Origin: a virus
Strand: one strand, 5' to 3'
DNA: 20,172 bases
IMG/VR virus record: IMGVR_UViG_3300028644_000051
Coordinates: 1 to 20,172 of that record
Under the pieces are notes generated by a model. It was not told the origin of the DNA and did not search any database. It saw only the letters and a program-made list of their open reading frames with translations. The translations under genes were made by a program, and so were the position numbers. Position 1 is the first letter of the stretch; every line of letters starts with the position of its first letter. Positions 14,512 through 20,172 of this stretch are shown in pieces.

Positions 14512-15275
14512 GCGAGCGCCTCCACGAGCTCCCGCCGGGGCCCGTCCGGCGTCTCCAGGTGCACGAGGGGCCCGTCCTGGGGGATGAGCCGGGCGTCCCG
14601 TCTGACATATTTGTAGAGGGGCGAGACCTTCGCGACGAGGTCGGGCTTGTAGGGGTAGAAGTGCTCCGGCACCTCCCCGAGGAGCTTCTCGATTCTCCCG
14701 TAGCATATGACGGCCCGCGGGTGGATCCGGTCGAGCATCTCCTTGAGCCCCGCCTTGAACATCGCCCGCGCCTCGCGCTCGCGGTGGACGCCGACGGTCG
14801 AGACCGCGACCATGGACCCCTCGGGGATCCCGTCGAAACAGAACGAATACGTCTTGGGCCCGGCCCACGAGACGATCGGGATCACGGGGATCCCGTTCGC
14901 TTGCCAGTAGGCGCCGAGGAGGCGCGAACGGTAGACGTTATTCCGCTGGACGTGGATATTCCAGTCGCGGAAGAGGGAGAAGTCGGGCGAGAATATCCCG
15001 GCGAACGCCTGGATCTTGGGTAAATAAAACTCCGGCCGGCGCCAGAGTTGTTCAAATCGATAATCCTCCGTGTAGAGGTGCACGAACTTCCCCGCATAGA
15101 GCCGGGGCCGGCCCTCCCAGATCATGATCTCGGCCGGCGGACTCAGGAGGGTGTCGTGGATGATCGGCATTTCAGAATCATCCGTGACGTCGACATAGTC
15201 GAGAAGCCGGGTGTTCTGGGTGTCGAGCGACCCGCACGGCTTCACGCAGTTCCGCATGGCATAGCCGGCGCCCAT
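14508..15275 (-). CDS. DUF4417-family protein (255 aa)
   Basis: VHLYTEDYRFEQLW, SPDFSLF, NVYRSRLLGAYWQANGIPVIPIVSW, FCFDGIP and VAVSTVG motifs, characteristic of DUF4417. Confidence 0.85.
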   Translation of the reverse strand: MGAGYAMRNCVKPCGSLDTQNTRLLDYVDVTDDSEMPIIHDTLLSPPAEIMIWEGRPRLYAGKFVHLYTEDYRFEQLWRRPEFYLPKIQAFAGIFSPDFSLFRDWNIHVQRNNVYRSRLLGAYWQANGIPVIPIVSWAGPKTYSFCFDGIPEGSMVAVSTVGVHREREARAMFKAGLKEMLDRIHPRAVICYGRIEKLLGEVPEHFYPYKPDLVAKVSPLYKYVRRDARLIPQDGPLVHLETPDGPRRELVEALA

Positions 15276-15656
15276 CTACGTCGCCTTCTTCCTCTTCCGG
15301 GCGTCCGCCGCCTTCTTCCGGGCCTTCTCGGCGTTCGCCAGGGCCTTATCGATCGTTGATTCCATCGCCTTCACGGTCGCCGGCCCCCCGCCCTTCTTGG
15401 GGTAGCCGTACCGACTCAGCCACTTGAGCTGGTCGTAATAGAGCGGAGCGATGTAGCTCCCGTCCGTCTTTCGCCGCAGGATGATCCCGCGGTAGTTGTA
15501 ATCAACGAACCCGTTTTGTGCGGCGAGCTTGCGCCCGGCAACGGTCGCAGTCTCGGCCGGCATGTCGCGCGCCGGCATCGTGTAAAACCGCTTCGATGTC
15601 ACGGGGACGGTTGCCCCGCCCCCGGCCCCCTTGCTCGATGCTCCGTTACCTCCCAT
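15276..15656 (-). CDS. Basic hypothetical protein with N-terminal MGGNGASSKGAG tag (126 aa)
   Basis: SD GGAGGGTG; stop abuts the DUF4417 ATG; Lys/Arg-rich tail ARKKAADARKRKKAT. Confidence 0.85.
   Translation of the reverse strand: MGGNGASSKGAGGGATVPVTSKRFYTMPARDMPAETATVAGRKLAAQNGFVDYNYRGIILRRKTDGSYIAPLYYDQLKWLSRYGYPKKGGGPATVKAMESTIDKALANAEKARKKAADARKRKKAT
15621..15656. repeat. 36-bp exact repeat, copy 2
   Basis: Identical to 11726-11761. Confidence 0.97.
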
Positions 15657-15724
15657 CTACACCCTCCGCTGATTTGGTAAATGCTCAGTCTCGCGAGAGA
15701 TAAGAGTTGTTTTTGCCGCCGGGG

Positions 15725-17074
15725 TCACCAGGACGTGATCGGAGCGGGCACCTCGTCATAGACCGTGGCCTCGTATTCAATGTCGAGCATCAGGTCCGTT
15801 ATGGCCCACACCAGGGCGTCGACACGATCCGGCGACCGCATACCCTGGCCCGGTACCCACTCTGTCATTTGATCTTCGAGCTCGGCGAAGACGCCGACGT
15901 GATGGACGAGCCCTTGAGCATACAGGGCGCTCACGGGGTCGGCGCGGGCTTCTTTGCTATGGGACGCCCGGACGGCCCGGTACGGTACAAAGACGTTGGC
16001 CGCGTTCGCGCACGTCCCGACCACATACCCAACCATCTCGCCGCCGTTGTTGACCTCGCCCACGACCTTGTTCGCCTCCCACCGGGAATAGGCGCTCACG
16101 GCTTGCGCGCCCCACTCCCCGGGCGTCCCGCGGATCGTCACGTCGTCGAGGACGTACCCGTGGCCGTCGGCACCGAGTCCCACGACGAGGATCCCGGTCT
16201 CGGCGGACTCCTCTCCGCTGGACGCTTCGGGGTCGACGCCGACGACGATCCGGACGAGCTCGGGGAGGGCCGATACCCGGTTGGCGTCGATGATGGCCCG
16301 GGTCCAGAGGGCCCCGGGGTTGTCCTCCAGGAGCTCGGCGTTCAATTCCTGCCGGCCGAGCCGCGTCCCCTCGTATTTCTTGATGATCTGACGGAAGAAG
16401 CCCGGGGCCAGGTTGGCCCGGTTGTCGTAGGTCGAGCCCCGAACGACGATGCAGAACGGATCGGCAACGAGATCCTTGATGATCTTGGTCGGCCGCGGCG
16501 TCGTGGTAATGCAGCACTGGGGGTTTTCTCCCAGGCGGAGGCCGAACTGAAGCATATCCCAGGTGTCGGGGTATTTCCAGGCGGCGAGCTCGTCGGCCCA
16601 CGCCCAATGGAACGCGGGCCCGCGGAGCGCGTTCGGCTCCTCTCCCGAATAGAGGAGGGCCGTGGACCCGTTCGGCCATTCCAGCCGGCGCTTCCCGGGC
16701 CGGTATTCTGGCATGAAGTCCTCGGGACTGTCGGCGAGGATCCCCGAGACCCCCTCGACCATGACGTCGCGCACGTCCGCCGCGGTCCTGGCGACCATGG
16801 CGCCCCGGCTCCCGGGCATCTCCCGGGCCTTCTCGATGCACCACTCGGCGCCGCTCCGGCTTTTTCCAAACCCTCTGCCGGCCAGCATGAGCCAATACGA
16901 CCACTCACCGGCCGGCGGGAGTTGGTTATCCCTCGCCAGGAGGAGGCGCCAGTCCGTCGCCAGCCTCTTCGCCGTCTGAGGGCTCAGGCTCTCTATGAAC
17001 GGCCGGCGGAGCTCCGGCGGTAAAGACCTTATCGAGGACCGAAGCGAGCTCGGCGTGATAGTTTCGGACGTCAA
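15725..17074 (-). CDS. terL: Terminase large subunit (449 aa)
   Basis: Walker A LAGRGFGKS, Walker B AWADE, CCITTTPRP, nuclease motifs VVGVDP and SPDRVDALVWA; TTG start uncertain. Confidence 0.96.
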   Translation of the reverse strand: MTSETITPSSLRSSIRSLPPELRRPFIESLSPQTAKRLATDWRLLLARDNQLPPAGEWSYWLMLAGRGFGKSRSGAEWCIEKAREMPGSRGAMVARTAADVRDVMVEGVSGILADSPEDFMPEYRPGKRRLEWPNGSTALLYSGEEPNALRGPAFHWAWADELAAWKYPDTWDMLQFGLRLGENPQCCITTTPRPTKIIKDLVADPFCIVVRGSTYDNRANLAPGFFRQIIKKYEGTRLGRQELNAELLEDNPGALWTRAIIDANRVSALPELVRIVVGVDPEASSGEESAETGILVVGLGADGHGYVLDDVTIRGTPGEWGAQAVSAYSRWEANKVVGEVNNGGEMVGYVVGTCANAANVFVPYRAVRASHSKEARADPVSALYAQGLVHHVGVFAELEDQMTEWVPGQGMRSPDRVDALVWAITDLMLDIEYEATVYDEVPAPITSW

Positions 17075-17474
17075 TGGGCCCGCCGTCCTTCCCGGTCAAT
17101 TCGACCCGTTGCGCGGCATAGAGCCCCTGGAGCTTCGCACGTTCGCCCCGGACCCGGACGAGCGCGGCCTCCGCGGCGATCCGGGTCGCGGGGGTTTGCT
17201 CCGCGTCTTCGGCGATCGCCAGAAGGTTCGCCTCCGAGGCGTTCAGGCCGGCGATCTCGTTGGCGAGCGCGTCCTCTATATCGATCTGGGCGTGCTTCCG
17301 GCGTTCCGCGATAATGGCTTTGACGTCCCGGACGACCGTGGTGTGGTCGCACCCGAGCATTTCGGCGATCTGCCTCGTGGTCTTCTTCTTGCGGTACTCT
17401 TCGGCCACGATTGCTCTCCGGCCGGCTATCTCCGCACGTTTCTGTGCTTCGTTGCCTTTTCCGCGTCCCGCCAT
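16926..17474 (-). CDS. terS: Terminase small subunit with an N-terminal HTH (182 aa)
   Basis: HTH TTRQIAEMLGCDHTTVVRDVK, helical middle, ELTGKDGGPI motif; immediately upstream of terL. Confidence 0.85.
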   Translation of the reverse strand: MAGRGKGNEAQKRAEIAGRRAIVAEEYRKKKTTRQIAEMLGCDHTTVVRDVKAIIAERRKHAQIDIEDALANEIAGLNASEANLLAIAEDAEQTPATRIAAEAALVRVRGERAKLQGLYAAQRVELTGKDGGPIDVRNYHAELASVLDKVFTAGAPPAVHREPEPSDGEEAGDGLAPPPGEG

Positions 17475-17476
17475 AG

Positions 17477-17524
17477 TGGTGCATTCCTATATGGTGCATT
17501 ATTGTACGCCGCATTATATGCATT
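17477..17524. repeat. Phased GCATT repeats (15-bp period) upstream of terS
   Basis: gcatt at 17481, 17496, 17511 and 17520; tggtgcatt occurs twice; AT-rich island. Confidence 0.7.
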
Positions 17525-17678
17525 GTGATGCTTTCGCCCCCCTCCCGCATCGGCACGGCGTACACCCTCCCGAGCACGTCCGGCCGTCGTGGTGGGCCCG
17601 GGGGCATGTTGTGGAGGCACACACGAGGCAGACGTCGTGCCCGTCCGTGACGATCCCGCAGGGCGTGGTGTCGGTCAT
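17514..17678 (-). CDS. Cys/His-rich microprotein (54 aa)
   Basis: ATGA overlap at 17675-17678; eight Cys. Confidence 0.5.
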   Translation of the reverse strand: MTDTTPCGIVTDGHDVCLVCASTTCPRAHHDGRTCSGGCTPCRCGRGAKASQCI

Positions 17679-17836
17679 TTGCACACGACCGCGGTCAACC
17701 GTCGCCGCCATGCGATCTCCTCTTCGAGGTCGGCCGTCGGGACCGCCTTGAGCCAGCCGCGCCGCGCGAACGGGGCCGGGGAATACAGGTGTGACAGGTC
17801 GGTCCTGCTGTCGACCCGTGGGGGGATGTCGGTCAC
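17675..17836 (-). CDS. Hypothetical microprotein (53 aa, VTDIPPRVDSR...)
   Basis: GTGA overlap at 17833-17836. Confidence 0.6.
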   Translation of the reverse strand: MTDIPPRVDSRTDLSHLYSPAPFARRGWLKAVPTADLEEEIAWRRRLTAVVCK

Positions 17837-18021
17837 GGCGACCACCCGTCGGGCGTGTCTATCTTCCGCACCGTCTCGATCAGGTCGATCCCGTCCATCG
17901 CGCACGACTTGAGATCCGCGAGCCAGCCGTCTGTCTCTCCCGTCCGGATCATCTCGTCGAGGCAGGTGTCGATGGCCGCCGCAAATGCCTCCTGGAGCTT
18001 GTCGAGGTCGGGGGCGGTCAC
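17833..18021 (-). CDS. Hypothetical acidic microprotein (62 aa)
   Basis: GTGA overlap at 18018-18021; GGAGG SD. Confidence 0.7.
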   Translation of the reverse strand: MTAPDLDKLQEAFAAAIDTCLDEMIRTGETDGWLADLKSCAMDGIDLIETVRKIDTPDGWSP

Positions 18022-18125
18022 GGGCGGTCCTCCACGATTCGGAACGACCGGGGGCGGCGGAGCGCTTCGGCGAGGAGATCGACGAGCTCGGCCATTGCCT
18101 GTCTGAGGGCGTCGATGTCGGTCAT
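18018..18125 (-). CDS. Hypothetical microprotein (35 aa, MTDIDALRQAMAELVDLLAEALRRPRSFRIVEDRP)
   Basis: Not in the ORF track; ATGA and GTGA overlaps at both ends; amphipathic helix. Confidence 0.6.
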   Translation of the reverse strand: MTDIDALRQAMAELVDLLAEALRRPRSFRIVEDRP

Positions 18126-18385
18126 GGTATCCACTGCCATCGGAGGTTCTCGTCCCCGAGCATTTCGATCCGGAAGCGGAGGGGGGTCGGGGTCTCGCTC
18201 ACGGGCCAGAGGATCCAGACCATCGCCACGTCGCCGTCGACGCTCTCGACCCAGGACCGGGTCGTCGGGGGGAGTTTTTCATAGGCGATAACATCGGCGA
18301 TTGCCTTCGTGAAGCGCTCGGCGCCCTCGGGTGCCGGCGGCGGGATAAACCCGGCCTCTCCCGGGTAGGTTATGGGTTCGGTCAT
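18122..18385 (-). CDS. Hypothetical protein (87 aa)
   Basis: ATGA overlap at its start; GGAG SD. Confidence 0.7.
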   Translation of the reverse strand: MTEPITYPGEAGFIPPPAPEGAERFTKAIADVIAYEKLPPTTRSWVESVDGDVAMVWILWPVSETPTPLRFRIEMLGDENLRWQWIP

Positions 18386-18504
18386 GGCCGGACTCCTGCC
18401 GGGACGTGGACGCGCCCGTGGGCGAGCGACGGCGCATCCCCCATGATACGGAGGAGGACGACCGCGAGGAGGGCCAGGAGGGCATACCGCCAGAACGGGA
18501 TCAC
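18382..18504 (-). CDS. Single-pass membrane microprotein (40 aa, VIPFWRYALLALLAVVLLRIMG...)
   Basis: Not in the ORF track; GTGA and ATGA overlaps at both ends; hydrophobic helix. Confidence 0.6.
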   Translation of the reverse strand: MIPFWRYALLALLAVVLLRIMGDAPSLAHGRVHVPAGVRP

Positions 18505-18848
18505 GGTTCGGCCTCCGGTGTGTTCACGGAGTTAACCGTCCCGAACTGGATATTTACCGTACCCGCCCCGAGATCCTGGATAATGAACGCATGGGTCGGG
18601 ACGAACTCGCCGGCCCCGTCGTTGACCCGGTAGTCGTGGTTCGGCTCGAACTCGCAACAGGTGACGCGGAGGGCCGGGTTACATGCGGCCTTGATGGTCC
18701 GCGGATACCGGGCCTTGCCGACGATCTTATCCTCTATCTCCAGGTCGAACTCGCCCGTGACGTGCTCGGTGTCGAGCCGGTCTTCAGTCAAATAGTCCAT
18801 CTCGCGCTCCGTCAGCGCGATCGGTTCGGTGTCGGTCATATTCGTCAA
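18501..18848 (-). CDS. Hypothetical protein (112-115 aa)
   Basis: Clean high-GC3 ORF; start is either TTG 18848 or ATG 18839. Confidence 0.75.
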   Translation of the reverse strand: MTNMTDTEPIALTEREMDYLTEDRLDTEHVTGEFDLEIEDKIVGKARYPRTIKAACNPALRVTCCEFEPNHDYRVNDGAGEFVPTHAFIIQDLGAGTVNIQFGTVNSVNTPEAEP

Positions 18849-18884
18849 GGCGCCTCAGTACCTTCTCCGTGTCGACAAAGCGGT

Positions 18885-19238
18885 TCATGCGGTCCCCCGG
18901 AGCCTGGCGATCGTGGCCGCGATCTCGGCGTGGGCGATCCGTTCTGCCGGCGAGGCCGTGAGAGGCGCCGGGGCGTCCCGGAGGAGAAGGATCTTCTCCT
19001 CCCGGAACCGGGCCAGGTCGGCGAGGTGCTCGGTGATCGCGTCGATGGTGTCCCGGGCGGCCGGGTCACGGGTCGCCCGGACCTCGGCGGTCAATGTCGC
19101 GATCGCGGCCTTCGCGGCGGCCACCGTGGCGGCCGGATATTCGCAGAGGGACGGGACGTCGCGCTCCGTCGAGACGGCCAGGAAGAGGGCGTCGAGGGCC
19201 TGGGATCCCTCGTCGCGGGCGTCGGTGTCGACCGTCAT
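18885..19238 (-). CDS. GINS-like protein (helical A-domain only, 117 aa)
   Basis: ATGA overlap and GGAGGT SD; ER..PSL...P......I..L..E...DP......L.DL...R..KIL.L.....LT...E pattern, as in the N-terminal domain of archaeal GINS15/51. Confidence 0.6.
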   Translation of the reverse strand: MTVDTDARDEGSQALDALFLAVSTERDVPSLCEYPAATVAAAKAAIATLTAEVRATRDPAARDTIDAITEHLADLARFREEKILLLRDAPAPLTASPAERIAHAEIAATIARLRGTA

Positions 19239-19813
19239 ACCTCCCCCTCCACGATCCCGTCTATCCACGCGAGGGACGCCTCACGGTCGGCCTCGCGAGA
19301 CGGCTCCACCATCGCATGAAACGTCCTGGTGATGGCCCGGGCCATGGTCTTGTTTGCGTGTTCTGTTTCGAGGGTCGCCTGGAACGTCCCCGATCGCAGT
19401 TCGTCGAGGGTCTCGGCGTGATCCGCGAAGTACCCCTTGAGCGCCTCGTGAATCTCCGCGTCCCCGGGAACGAGTCCATAGTGCTCGTACCACCACCGCC
19501 GGACCTCGTGGGTGAGCATCTGGAGGATCTTCCGTTTGAGGCCGAACTTCGCCACGACCCCCATCGATCCCTTTCCGACTTCCCGGAGGCAGGTTTCAAA
19601 CCTCAATTTCCTGTTGCGCGCTCGCTCTATCCCGAGCTGGATCTCTTCTATCTCGATCCGGGCATCGTCCGAGAGCCCCGAGAGCGGGCGCCCCATCAGG
19701 AGGTCGTCGATCATGATCTCGCCCATCTTCTGAATGGCCCCGTAGCTCCAGTGTTTCTTGAGGAGCCGGTGCTTCTCGGCGGTGATCCTGAAATGGATTT
19801 GATTGGTTTTCAT
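19235..19813 (-). CDS. Putative DNA-binding protein with an N-terminal ribbon-helix-helix-like motif (192 aa)
   Basis: ATG 19813 after GGCGGTG; QIHFRIT strand followed by two helices; the longer ORF start lies inside the inverted repeat and was rejected. Confidence 0.6.
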   Translation of the reverse strand: MKTNQIHFRITAEKHRLLKKHWSYGAIQKMGEIMIDDLLMGRPLSGLSDDARIEIEEIQLGIERARNRKLRFETCLREVGKGSMGVVAKFGLKRKILQMLTHEVRRWWYEHYGLVPGDAEIHEALKGYFADHAETLDELRSGTFQATLETEHANKTMARAITRTFHAMVEPSREADREASLAWIDGIVEGEV

Positions 19814-19828
19814 GTTCGCACCGCCGCG

Positions 19829-20055
19829 AACAACATGGTACATGGTACCATGTTTGATCTTCTCTTTTTTCCCGGAGACAACGGGGGCCGGAGCGCCGTT
19901 TTTTTTCTTAGAGAGAGTATATATAGATTGAAAAGCAATCTATACAACAAGCCCCCGGAAATGGAGGTCAGAGGAGGCCGAACGGCCCCCTCGACGGCCT
20001 GGGGTCTCGGGGCGCGGATCAAAAGATCAAACATGGTACCATGTACCATGTTGTT
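19829..20055. repeat. 33-bp perfect inverted repeat (19829-19861 and 20023-20055) around a 161-bp spacer
   Basis: aacaacatggtacatggtaccatgtttgatctt and its exact reverse complement; each arm contains palindrome acatggtaccatgt; partial third copy at 20115-20126. Confidence 0.97.
19898..19944. promoter_or_regulatory. AT-rich core with T-tract, TATATATA and 9-bp hairpin TATAGATTG-AAAAG-CAATCTATA
   Basis: Read directly; lies between the inverted repeats. Confidence 0.6.
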
Positions 20056-20172
20056 TTGGCGATCCCGAACGACTTTGTCGTGAGACGCTCCCCATTTCTG
20101 AGAGAGAAGTTGGGACATGGTACCATTCCACCGGGCACGGTGGCGGTTCAAGTCCGGCGATCGCACCACGAT

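Larger units (their letters stand above)
1..20172 (-). mobile_element. Archaeal tailed virus or provirus segment (packaging and head module plus accessory genes); both ends lie outside the window
   Basis: terS-terL-portal-MuF-protease-decoration-capsid gene order on one strand; archaeal TATA boxes and SD motifs; GINS-like and PCNA-like fragments; no att site or integrase seen. Confidence 0.93.

Noticed and set aside
15725-17074. Intein or homing endonuclease in terL
   Set aside because: Length is normal at 449 aa and no splicing motifs are visible.
87-20169. Many long plus-strand ORFs (e.g. 87-1643, 2044-3522, 7600-9735, 10646-12073, 15707-17023)
   Set aside because: Antisense shadows of high-GC3 minus-strand genes; Arg/Gly/Pro-rich translations with no motifs or SD sites.
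1-20172. Haloarchaeal or actinobacterial host suggested by the high GC content
   Set aside because: The proteins lack pervasive halophilic acidity, and TATA/BRE promoters plus a GINS-like gene argue against bacteria; the host assignment remains an inference.

Overview
The whole window is a segment of a high-GC archaeal head-tailed (Caudoviricetes-like) virus or provirus. Archaeal TATA/BRE promoters, GGAGG/GGTGA Shine-Dalgarno sites and proteins that are not strongly acidic point to a methanogen host (Methanomicrobia-like; inference). All credible genes are on the minus strand, mostly coupled by ATGA/GTGA/TGATG overlaps. In transcription order (right to left): a 33-bp perfect inverted repeat around an AT-rich core (candidate origin or invertible segment); an RHH-like gene; a GINS-like gene and a string of microproteins; terS and terL; a 5.5-kb accessory block; a portal fused to a JAB/MPN domain; an ADP-ribosyltransferase; MuF (gp7-like); a fibre/adhesin cassette; a prohead protease-scaffold; a probable decoration protein; and the start of the probable major capsid protein. 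The accessory block holds a DUF4417 gene, three unrelated basic proteins sharing an N-terminal MGG(N/S)GASS tag, five zinc-ribbon paralogues or fragments, and three palindromic operators. The best candidates for undescribed biology are (1) the DUF4417 plus MGGxGASS-tag system, and (2) a capsid-associated effector module (portal-JAB and ART) whose two members share an EA...WxTxxGRRVxI linker. All family assignments are motif recognition by eye; no searches were run.
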